DNA of 56,496 nucleotides, counting the filler, from Basidioascus undulatus (Eukaryota), in assembly GCA_000826855.1 (NCBI GenBank). It is 4 parts of 4 records of this genome, joined end to end, with 100 filler letters (N's around TTAATTAATTAA, not from the genome) between each part and the next. Parts side by side here need not be neighbours in the genome. Positions count along the whole stretch, not along the records: positions 1 to 16,591 come from JTLS01001182.1; positions 16,692 to 36,219 come from JTLS01001184.1; 2 more parts are not named here. One strand, 5' to 3'. A program made the translations under genes and the position numbers. Below the pieces are notes generated by a model. That model was not told where the DNA came from. It saw nothing but the letters and a program-made list of their open reading frames with translations, and searched no databases. Below are positions 13,206 to 24,034 of the stretch, piece after piece. Position 1 is the stretch's first letter. Every line of letters starts with the position of its first letter.

Positions 13206-13926
13206 TTACCGCAGATGGAGCGTCGCGCCGCCGGACTGGAAGAGAGAAGGGAAAAGATCATGTCAGCATCAGACACGACGGACCGGGCTCATTGTCGAGG
13301 GGCGATAGGTGCGCTCGGCGCGCGGCGCCGTGAAAATAATGAGGTTGGAGAAGGGAGAGCAGATGCCCATATCCCCTCCGGCGTATGAGGGATTCCCGGC
13401 GATGCGAAGCTACCAGAGTGACTCCAACCAACGGCGAACCGGCTTTCCCTCGTTCACACGCCGCGCTCCCGCGCGCCAAATCATCCCCCACAACCACGCA
13501 CCTCGATAGCCTCAATCTCCTCCTCACTCGGGGCAAAGCGCATGCGCGAGTAGTGCGCGGGCAGGTCCCAGAAGTTCTCGTACACGTGCGCCTGCCGCGC
13601 GCCCGCGCTGGACGCGGCAGACGCAGAGGGGGCGGCGGCTTTGGACGTGTCAAAGGAGTAGTTCTTCAGCTTGTCGACAAAGTTCGAGAACGAGTCCGCG
13701 ACCTCTTTGGGCGCGGAGGGGTGCGCGTGGGGGGTGTGCGGTTCTGTTTGTTTCGTGAAAATTTCGATTGGATGAGGATGAACTAATGAGAACGGCCTCC
13801 GGGGGTACGGGAAGCAGGGGAAAGGGGGAAGGAAGACACACCGGTCGGGAGGGTACGCTTGCCGAGGAACTGGATGCGCGGGGTGTGTGCGCGCGCGGCG
13901 GCGAGGACGGTACGAGATGCGCGCAT
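13206..13926 (-). CDS. KGD4: Alpha-ketoglutarate dehydrogenase subunit Kgd4 / mitochondrial S36-YMR31 family, 3 exons
   Basis: MRASRTVLAAARAHTPRIQFLGKR...PHAHPSAP...YENFWDLPAHYSRMRFAPSEEEIEAIE|SGGATLHLR*. Introns 13745-13841 and 13236-13501. Confidence 0.88.
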
Positions 13927-14217
13927 TATGCAGAAGAATGATATTTCGGGAGCGAGGTGGAAGTGTTGAGGATAAGGAGGGTGCTGGAGGGAAGGCAAGG
14001 AGCAGCGGGTGAGCGTTGCCGAGGTTCGCCGACCGGTGCGCCGTAACGTCAGCGCGCTGAGCCGCTCCGATGTGAACATGGCAGTAAGCGACAAAATGTC
14101 TCTGTCTATGCCTCAACAGCCTCTGAAAATGCATAAATTTTACCATGGGCTCATTTGAGAATCAGGGCTTATCCTGTATCTTGTAAAATTCGAAAGCAAG
14201 CTCACGAGCCTGCGCGT

Positions 14218-15410
14218 TCATTGCCTCTCGGTGCACCCGGTAGTGTGCATGCATCGTCTGTGCATACGTCCTCTCCTGAGGAGAGACGAGTTAAGTCGTT
14301 CCGAAGTTCCCTGAAAGGACCGCCAAACCCCTTCGGAAAAAACAACCTGCAGTTTGGCCACAACTTTGCAGAATACAGCCTCGAGGTGCAAACGGTTCAC
14401 GCGTTTACTGGATTGATAAAGGACCTGCACATAACTCTGAACAAGAATAGAATATGAGAAAGGAGTCTCTAAACCATCTTCCAGCCGGCCTTGTCGGTCC
14501 CTTCCTAAGGTCTGCCAGACTGCAATGGTCAAGTTCAACGGCCTCATTGCATCCTGTAGCAGTCGTTTGATTAACGTACGCATGTCGTCATCAGACCATC
14601 CGGAAAGCATGGTAGGAGCATGTAACGCACAAACTCTCGATCACCGCTGCCATTCCTCCGAGTAGGGAAGCCGAAGACGACCTGGTAAAGGACGGTCCCG
14701 AAAAAGTAAATGTCCCAGTCCTCCTTGTGCCCAGCTGAAAAGCCGCGTAGGTCAAGAATGCCGCGAGACAAGGGGGAGTCCCGTCCTGGGTATCGAGCCT
14801 GTCGTCCGGAAGGATGTCAAAGTACTGCGCTCACGACAAAAAGACATGTCAGAGAAGAGAGCCCATGATGGGCTGTGGTTGAGAAAGCAGCCTACTCGGT
14901 GTCTAAAAGTATTCAGCACGTGGTCGCTGAACTTGATCCTCTCGCTCATATCGATCGCGGACCCTACCGCGCAGTACTCCCCGTTGTTTTCCTGAAGCCG
15001 AGCATGTCCCGTTGCCCTAGGGCGAGCTCCTGCGCCCTTGCTCAATGACAACAACCTCCGTAATAGAGGTCGGCGAGTATCGCGGAGCTGGCTGCATCCG
15101 AGCTTGAACAGGATGCTATAGTAATACTGGAAGTCAACGGGACACCTGAGCATCGAGAAGGAGCCTATGTTCTCTGCTAGACGCCGATTTGCAGCACGTT
15201 GGATGGCCATCTGCTCTCGTAGCTCAGCGAGCTTGACCCATAGCTCGGCCATCTGTACGGAGTGCGCTAAGTCAGCGGCGAGTGCTGGATCGTCTGTGAG
15301 GATTGCGGGAGAACCTTTGCGGACGCCATACTGAGGTGGAGCCCGGAGACTTTCGAGCAGGGGCAGGTCGCTGCTTGCAGACTGAGCGGTCCCTACTTGA
15401 CTCGCCATAA
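14218..15410 (-). pseudogene. Unidentified protein-like ORF series, apparently frameshifted
   Basis: Three consecutive protein-like minus-strand ORFs (14752-15726, 14571-14771, 14218-14610) that overlap in different frames; no family recognised. Confidence 0.3.
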
Positions 15411-16591
15411 AATGCTCATCCTTGATGGATGGGGCAAGAATGGCCGAGGAGGGGCCGCGGCGGCTTCTTCGAGCGCTGCGGCAGCATGAGCTCGTTCTTT
15501 GCGCCTGCGTAGCGTCCTCTGGTTGGGCATTGGTTTTATTGGGGGCGGCGAAGAAGTGCAGTTGCGGGGTGGATGAGGAAGGTGGGAGACGCTGAATGTG
15601 GCGAGGGGACAAGCTATGAGTCGCCACATTCCGCTCGCACGATTCCGGTTCAATGTCAGGCGTGTTGCTCAGAGAAGTGTCGAAGGGTTTAGAAGTTTGG
15701 GACAACATCAAGATGCGGAATGGCACTTCTGACTTATCTTGTCATTGGCCTAGCTAACGATCAGCACGGGGCAGCATTTGCAGAGAAGTTTCAGTTGGGT
15801 GAGTGGGGCACGGTGAAGTGGTGGCTGTGTTCTGATCAAGGCTTTATTCAGATCTTCTTTTGGAGATGATATAAGGAAGGAAAATAAAGGAGGGGAAGAA
15901 GCGTTGACGAGCACCACCTGCGGTTTTTGCAAGGTATTTTCCATCGCCCCCCTATGAAGCGAATCTGTCATTTGCGGGTTGGACAGGCATGACTGTCCAC
16001 TACACAATCACACCTTAAACGCACAAAAAATGTCTTCCAATTAGTTCACAACCCTGGCGGGAAACAAACCGATGGCTCATGCCCCGGCCATTGAAGAGCA
16101 CCCAGCAAACAGTTTTTCAGGCAATCGCAAGGTTCGTTCTTAGGTCCGCGATGCATGTTATGAAACGGACCCCAGGGGAACTACTCATATCCGTGGCCGA
16201 CGCGTTCGAAAGAGACTTCCGTTTGCCATGAGCGTCCCATTATCACCATCCCCTATGCGAAAGACCTCGAGTTATGCTCAGCCGCGCTGCAGAATTTCCT
16301 CTCAAGAGACGCACCACTGTCAACCTCCATGTCCTCCCTACCGAATGGAACGGCGGTGTACGGAAATCCAAAGATGAACAGGTAGAGGACCGTGGCAATA
16401 GTAGATCTCCCGGTCCTTCTCGGTCCTCTGCTCACCGGCCGGGAAGCGCAAGAACGTCGCGAGGCTCTGGGCGGTCGCCGTCTGTGTACCCAGGCAACTA
16501 TACGTAACGGTGCTGAAGTACTGGGAGAATTATGAAAAGCGCTGTCAGTACAGTACAGACAGGCGTGCATGTGGGGACGTGGTTGATGATG

Positions 16592-16691
16592 NNNNNNNNN
16601 NNNNNNNNNNNNNNNNNNNNNNNNNNNNNNNNNNNTTAATTAATTAANNNNNNNNNNNNNNNNNNNNNNNNNNNNNNNNNNNNNNNNNNNN
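16592..16691. other. Assembly spacer (44 N + TTAATTAATTAA + 44 N)
   Basis: Six-frame stop linker; the same structure occurs at three positions in the window. Confidence 0.99.
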
Positions 16692-17014
16692 CCCCCAGCA
16701 TCACGGCCGTCCCCTCTCCGCGTTCCTTCTCGCCGCTCTCCCTGCCCTCCCCCCCGCGCCCCTCCTCCGCAATGCGGCGACCATCCCCATCCTCAGCCGT
16801 CTCATCCCCGGACCTCTCCGACTCGCACTCGGCCTCCTCCTCCCGCACACCAACGCCGCTCTCCACTCCTCCCACACCCACATCCGCCTCCCTCGCTGCG
16901 GCACACCGTGGCGCGGATGTGTGGAACGCACCACCAAAGGCCGCGGTCGCCTTTGGTGGGGGCGCATACGCGGCGGGCTGGGACGCAGCGGTCGCGGGGC
17001 GTGTGGCAGCATGA
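16692..17014 (+). CDS. 3' end of an unknown Ser/Pro-rich protein, truncated by the spacer
   Basis: Open frame from the contig edge to ...AYAAGWDAAVAGRVAA* with gene-like GC content. Confidence 0.5.
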
Positions 17015-17599
17015 CGCGATGCTAGACTTTTCACTCCCCACTTTCCATATGTAACGCTTTACACGAGCACACACTTAGTATTAGCAGCATGCGTATGTTG
17101 CACTGCGATGAGCAGCACCCAATGCGCACACCACTCTACCGTTACTGCCTTACAGCCTGCGAATGCCCGCTGCTGGTTCGTACACTGACGAAGTTGCAGC
17201 CCCGTGCTCATTGTCGCAAAGTCGGCTCCAGCACCACCTCTATCCGCTCTGATTTCCACAACTGAATGATGTAGAATGTTCGTCGCTGTATGCAGTGTTT
17301 TCACTGTGTTCCACAATCGGGACAGTCTGGCAGGCTCCACTTCTGACTTATCAAGCCTGGACTCCGACCCCGCCTCCTCTCCAGAATCGTAAGACTAGGC
17401 GGCAGCGCACTTTTCGAGGCTACATGCATGGGAACCTGCTTGCAGCAGACTCGGACGCCGATGACTGGTATGTAGGAAGATGGAGATCATCAAGTGACTC
17501 GGCTGCCGCGTGCGAACGCAGCCCGGGTCAGAACGGTGATTAAAATGGCCTGACCCGCGATGGCGACGTGGAACCCGAAGGCCGCCGCGAAAGCGGTGC

Positions 17600-19000
17600 T
17601 GGGATCGCACCGGCACTGCCGTAGCGACCGGAAGGCCCACTTTTGCACATGATAAACTGGTCGCCTGCTCATGGGCAGGAGTTGCGTGTTAAAGGATGTG
17701 AAAGCGGTCCAAGCAATATTCGGACCAGCTATCTACAAATTGTCAGCAGCCTCCTCCGCAAATGGTCAAGCCTGGACACACTGTCTACTCTAGTGGGCCT
17801 TCCTCGTCTCATCTTTGCCTTTACCGCACATATATAGAGCCCCGAAAGTTATCTATCCGAAATTAAAGACCAGCACCGTGGATCATGATGACGGCGTTCG
17901 GCTCAGTGCCATCCCCTCAGCGAGGTGGCGGTGCTGGATTCAAACGCCGCAATTGCTGCCTTGAGTGTCCAAGTACAGCTAACGACCGTGAAAGACTCTT
18001 GTTGTTCTTTTCATATAGATCTCGAAGCGTGGGTGATAAAGGTTGAACAGCGCGTGCTGCGGTAAGTGCCGGCGCAATGATGCCTTGCCCGCCTTACACA
18101 GCGGCATGCTACTGTGTGCAGCTGGGCAGGATTTTCATGTGGTTAGGAGAACTGCAGGGCTCAGAAGATTTGTTGAAATTCAGGCTCAGCTGTTTGAGTG
18201 CGAGTATGCGGGCCATCCATCCGCATGTGATGGTGATCATGGCCGGCTCCGGCTCGGTGGGGACGACCACTTTGCAACGACCACTTTGCAACGGGTTCAC
18301 TATCAGGACCGAAAACCTGTCCTGTGTGTGTAGCCTCTGAAAGAATATGAGTAATACATCTGCTAGTTCCCCCTGTTTTGAAGCTCAACAATAGGCAAGT
18401 AGGCTATCGCCGTGCCGAAGGCGTGGCTGGAAGGGAAGCGGACCGCCTGGCAATGGCACGGCAGTCGCGGACTACACCCTCAGTTCTACCAACCTAGTTC
18501 CGAAAATAATGGCAAGTCTGTGAACTTTGATTTTACTGGACATATACCCTGCGTCTGCTGATACGCAGTCAGTCCCCAGTCGCTGAACGGCGTGGACATG
18601 TGCCCGGTTGCTCTACACCTACAAGCAGAGTTCAGTCAAGAAGGTATGTTGAGATGAGCTCTGGATTTGAGGTCATTTTAAAAGCTTGTACTAAAGGAGG
18701 AAACGGATCATCAGGGGTGCATTGCGGGTTGAGTGAGTGGCTGGCAGAAGACACCCCGCCATCCGGCCGGTGAAGAGGTGGCTGTTGCCCGTTTGCCCAA
18801 GTCTACTGACCCTCTGCCCTTTGTAGATTGCTTGAATTGCCAATTTTTCGCGTGATAGGTTTGATATCCTTTTCGTATGGTCTGAGAATGTGGGGTACGC
18901 AGCGATGCCAACGCACTGCCAGTCTGAGTACGCTGCGTAACTGTCTGTGAACCACCGGGGATGAGCTGTCTTGCGGTGCCATCTTTCTATATAAAAATAT
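17600..19000 (-). mobile_element. Degenerate Ty3/Gypsy pol relic (RT end, RNaseH, integrase)
   Basis: Gypsy domain order with eroded motifs: GSVDLGK (cf. G..VDP.K), STPFSDWGL (cf. TDASDWG), CKVVVP, PSCTQ..GQGIIAP, IHG, PVYHVQK (cf. PVFHVS.L). Confidence 0.4.
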
Positions 19001-19388
19001 TTTCGAAAAACGAGGACCCAAAGCTCAACAGTGCAAAGGACAGACCGAGATATCCCAGGCTGACCGAAGTAGTTGGCGTTGATGCTGGATGTTTGCGCAA
19101 CAGGCCGCAGTCAGTCTGTCACGGCGAGCTCGCGCCGCACTCCAGTCTGCATCAGACTCCATCATTCCTCCTTGAACTCTTGCATCTTTTCATTCCTCGA
19201 CCATCCTCAGTCCAGTCGATCAAAGACACCAGTCCCGTAGCAACCCAGACTGAAACTGTTGTCTAGCAACACCTCGCAGTCTTATCAGCGCACCGCATCG
19301 CCACTACCGCTCATATAAGAGGCCCCCCACCCTCACTGCCCTCTCTCGCCGCTTTTCTACTGCAATCTCCGCAGCGCGACCTCCCCAT

Positions 19389-21884
19389 ATGTCTTCCGGG
19401 TCTCCCCCGCGCACACCACGACCGTCGACGTCCTCAGCGCGGGACTTCCCCGGGCCCGAGACGCCGCGCTCATCGCGCCTGTCGCGTCTCTTCGCGCGGG
19501 TCAACCCGTTCGCACCGTCTGCCGGCGCACCGAGCGAGGTCGTGCAGGTCCGGCCGACGAGCAGCCCGGGCGCAGACAACTCGCTCGAGACGAGCTTTGA
19601 GCACTTGTCCATCGGCGAGCTCGTCAGCAGGCCGGTCATCAATGGCGGGGGGCGGCGACACTCGAGCGCTCTGACTCTGGTGCGTCCGTTCCGCAACCGT
19701 GTGCTTTCCTCTTGCGAGCCAGGGCTGATGGCGGGGGGTTGGGTACAGGAGATGCAGGTGGCGGCATCCAAGCTCGAGTCCCGGACGGCGGACTCGTCAG
19801 GCTCAGGCTCCTCGACGCCCGATACGCCCACGCGTGTGCGCCGCATGCGCTCCGTCGGATCCTTCTTCTCCCCCACCCGCTTCCGCCGCACCAACTCGAG
19901 CGGCTCGAAGGCCGGGCGGCAGGCGGGCGCGGCGGACGAGTGGGACGAGCCGGGGCAGGAGGTCGGGCCGGAGGTGGACGACGAGGCGTGCTTCGTTGAT
20001 CTCGGGAAGGTGCCTGCTATCGGTGCGTTGCTTTCTCTTCCGGCATGGTAGCTTGGGTGCTGACTGGAACTGATGGTGCGGGTGCGGCCTCCAGACTTCA
20101 TCTCCCAGCTCCCGCCCGAGATTGCGCTCTACACTCTCCTGTTCCTCCCGCTCGAGAGCATCGTCAGGTCCGTTCCCTTTCCCCTACTCTCACCAGCGCG
20201 AGATTCTTATTCCCCCCAGCCCGCAGCGCCCTCTCCGTCTCCCGCGACTGGAACTCCTACGCGTCCGACCAGCTCATCTGGCGCGACCTCTTCCACCGTC
20301 GCGGCTGGACTTTGCGTCCAATCACCCAAACCCCCCCAGGGAGCCCCGGCTTCTCCCCGCTCCCCTCGCGCTCGAACTCCCTCCGGCGGGGGAGCGCGAA
20401 CGACCCAGGGTTCTTCACACCCATGCGGCGGCTGCTGTCGAGCCCGTCCACCGCGACCCTGAGCGGGTCCAACCCCATCCCCTCGCCGCTCCTTGCCGCC
20501 ACGCCGCGCGCGCCCCTCGCGATGGAGTGGATGCGCATGTACAAGGAGCGCCTGGAGATCGAGATGCGCTGGCGCGCGCAGGGACGGTCGTGTAAGGATG
20601 AGGGGTGGGAGCCGAGCATTCGCTGGTTGGAGGGCCACTCGGACAGCGTCTATTGCAGCCAGTTCGATGCGGAGAAGATCATCACTGTACGTAGCCGCCT
20701 TGTCCAGGATTGGCCCAAGCGGGATGCTGATGGTGGCTTGTGGGTGCAGGGCTCCCGCGATCGCACGATCCGCATCTGGGCGGTGCCCTCGCTCCAGCTG
20801 CTGGGCACGCTCGTCAACCATCACGCGTCGTCCGTGCTGTGCCTGCAGTTCCAGGGCACGTTCATGGTCACCGGCGGCTCGGACACGAAGATCCTGTACG
20901 TTACTCGTCGGCTTCCGGTGCCGCTTGGTTCTTATTGCTGATTCGCGTCGCGGGTTGCTCTCAAAAGGGTGTGGAAGCTCGGTACCCGCCGCCATGCTGG
21001 CAAGGGTCGGGTGGTGGGCCGCCTTGAGGGGCACGAGATGGGTGTGCTGGACTTGTGCTTCGACGACGAGCACATCGTGTCCTGGTGCGTATTCCTTTTC
21101 CTCAAAACACAACGCCTTCAGCCCTAGGCTCATCACCTCTCGCTTTTGTTTTCGTTCCACAGCTCCAAGGACACGACGATCCTCGTCTTCTCGCGGCGTA
21201 CGCTGCAGCGCCTGCACCGCCTAGAGGGGCACGACGGGCCTGTCAACGCCGTCGGCCTGCAGCAGGGCCTGCTCGCGTCCGCGTCCGGCGACGGGCGCCT
21301 CAAGCTCTGGAACGTATACACTGGCGAGGTAGTTCGCGTCTTCGAAGGACACGAGCGCGGGCTGGCGTGCATTCAGTTCCGAGTGAGTCCTCATCGCCCT
21401 TAGTGTCTTCTCCACCGCCACCGTCGCTCAGCTGCTCACACCCCGTGCCTGCTCCACAGGGCAACATGATCATCTCCGGCTCGAACGACCGGACGATCCG
21501 CGTGTGGGACGTCTCGCAGGGGGCATGCGTGCGCACGCTCTCGGGGCACGGCGACCTCGTGCGCACGATCGCGTTTGACGAGGACCGCGGGCTCGTCGTC
21601 AGCGGGAGCTACGACAAGAGCGTGCGCGTTTGGGACTTGCGCACCGGCGAGTGCCTCCGCGAGTTCAGGGACGGCCACGAGAGCCTCGTGTTCGACGTCC
21701 AGATGGACTGCGGGCGGATCGTTTCGTGCGTTTCTTTTTCGCCTTCTCTCTGACATGTTTATGCGTGGGTTTGAGAACTGACTTGAGGAACTTGCTTGGT
21801 TGGGACTACAGGACCAGCCACGACCAGCGCATCATGGTCATTAACTTCACCGAGGGCCTCGAGCTCGCCCCGCTGTTCGCCTGA
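19389..21884 (+). CDS. F-box/WD40-repeat protein (beta-TrCP/FWD1/Pof11-like SCF adaptor)
   Basis: F-box DFISQLPPEIALYTLLFL...VSRDWN..ASDQLIWRDLF followed by WD40 repeats (GHSDSVYCSQFDAEKIIT|GSRDRTIRIW, GHDGPVNAV, GHERGLACIQF, GHGDLVRTIAF, SGSYDKSVRVWD). Confidence 0.93.
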
Positions 21885-22423
21885 GCGCGCGCGCCGTACC
21901 AAACTGTTTATTTTCTTCTTTCGGCATTGTTCTGTAGCATCGTGTTTTGTTGGTTCCGCAAGTCAGGTGTTGTACAATAGAATTGCTGCATTACACGCTA
22001 TCGTCCCCGCAGTCGCCTGGGCCTGCTTGATGGAAGCGAGGCTTGAGGCTGGGCGAGAGCAAGCGAGCGAGCAACATGCGCACGTGCAGTTGATTGCTGG
22101 ACTGCGACTCGTCCGATCTGCCCTTTCTCTCTCGCTGGCCGTCTTCCCGCCCACCCGCGCGAGTGTACGCGCACCCGGCCAAGAGCGTGCACGTGCGGGC
22201 TAGGGCGCAGCAAGTGCTCGTGTGCGCCGTCGAATGAACAGCCGGCGTGGGCCCGGTCGTGCGACCGCTCGTGTGCCCGCTATCCCACTTGCAGCCGCAG
22301 GGCCTACGCTGCTGCTGTCGCTTTCAGTCGCTCGCTCGGCTTTCTCACACATTTCGCCCCTCTGGCTGGTTCTTGTGCTGCTGGCACTGCCTTAGACTAC
22401 GCCACGCTTGGGACCGCACAGAT

Positions 22424-23672
22424 ATGGACCCGCCCCGCTGCGGGACTGCCATTGCTTCCACTCCCACCGCCACCTCCTCCTTGTCCTTGTCCTCCCGCTC
22501 CTCTTCACACTACAGTGCCAGCCAGCTGTCTTCCGCGACTTCAACGCTCGCACCACACACATACAGACGCTCTTCCACGCCCTTGTCCTCATACGGCCTC
22601 CCGCCGCTCAAAGACTACTTCACATTCAAGATGCCCTACATGCGGCCCACCGACGAAGACGAGTACCTTCCCCACCCGCTGGGCCCGTCTTCCTCCTCAT
22701 CCGCGCTCAAGCGCAAAGCCAGCGACGTCGACGCGTCCGCGTCCGCGCAAGCATCGCCCCCCCTCCCCCGCCGCCGCACATCCACGACCTCTTCCCCCGC
22801 CGCCCGCCTGCCGCCGACGCCGGAGCCCACGCCCCCGTTCCCCTCCGCCGCGTTCTCCCCGCCCCCGCCCCTCGCGCTCCCGCCCGCCCAGCCGCCTGCC
22901 CCGGCGCCCACGGGCACGGGGAGACGGCCCAAGGCGCCCAAGCATCAGCGCGAGGCGGCGCGCAAGGCGCAGCACTCGGTCATTGAGAAGCGACGGCGCG
23001 AGCGCATCAACGACAAGCTGCAGGAGCTCAGGGAAATGGTGCCGGCGTGTCGCAGCCTGGGAGGGAAGAAGGAGTTCAAACTTGAGGTGCTTGAGCGGAC
23101 GGTGAGTAGCGGGTGGAGTTGGGGATCAAGGAGCACACACGCTGATAGCAGCTGGACCCGGACAGGTCGACTACGTCAAGGATCTCATCGAGCGCCTGGA
23201 CAGCATCGAGAACCCCAACGGTGCTGCACCTACCCGCGCAGGTACAAGCACGAGCAAGCTCAGCCCCTCCGCAACGAGCGCGTCCTCTCCGCGTTCCTCC
23301 GCCTCCCCCACGCCCGTCCCGGCCGACCCCTCGCCCTCCCGTTCCCCCTCGCCCTCTCCCGTCCCCCTTCGCGAGGCCCCCGCGTCCGCGTCCGTCTCCA
23401 CGTCCTCTTCCTCGGACGCGACAGTGGCTGCCGCACGGAGCGAGGAAGAAGCGGCCGCGGACCTCCTCCTCGCGCTCGCGACGCCCGAATCGCCCTTCTT
23501 CCGCATCGGCAGCGGGGGCGGGCGCGCGAGCCCGCCGACGGGCCCGCTGCCTGAGCTGACGCTTCCGCCCGCCGGGGTCGCCCCGCACGAGGAGGAGCGG
23601 CTCGAGGTGAGGCGCGTCACGGGAGGGCTGGGCGTGCTGGACATGCTGCGGATCCATGAAGGGGATAAGTGA
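22424..23672 (+). CDS. bHLH transcription factor, 2 exons
   Basis: RKAQHSVIEKRRRERINDKLQELREMVPAC...FKLEVLERT|VDYVKDL; intron 23102-23166; EEAAADLLLAL motif in the C-terminal part. Confidence 0.92.
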
Positions 23673-24034
23673 GTGTGCGAGGAGAGTGAGATAAGACAAG
23701 GGTTGATGACGTGCGATCGATCGAAACGTGAACGGGGGCCCATGTTTCTTGACGTTTTTGTTGTGATGCATAGACAGTACTGTTAGTGAACTGCATCTCG
23801 GCGTGCGAGGTTTGATGCTCGATGTTGAAATGGTCAGGACATGGTGTACAACTTGACGGCAGGAAGGCAAGGAAAAACACGTGAAGGCAAGCGCGATCGA
23901 CGTCGAGTCCTCCGGGCTTCCCTTTGCACCATCACGATCGCTGCCTCTGCATCTACAAAACTAACGCACATTTCTGTTCAAAGAAACTCATCATTCTTCC
24001 CACCGTGCTCGCTCACGTCATCCAGCCGCTCACC

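Noticed and set aside
13236..13501. TPP riboswitch or RNase P/MRP identity for the KGD4 intron
   Set aside because: No CUGAGA or UGAUC..UAAU aptamer core. A GGGAAAGCCGG/CCGGU pair resembles RNase P helix P4, but the other conserved regions are not convincing.
16592..16691. TTAATTAATTAA palindrome flanked by Ns, repeated at 36220 and 46362
   Set aside because: Artificial six-frame-stop contig linker, not biological; it also invalidates neighbourhood arguments across it.
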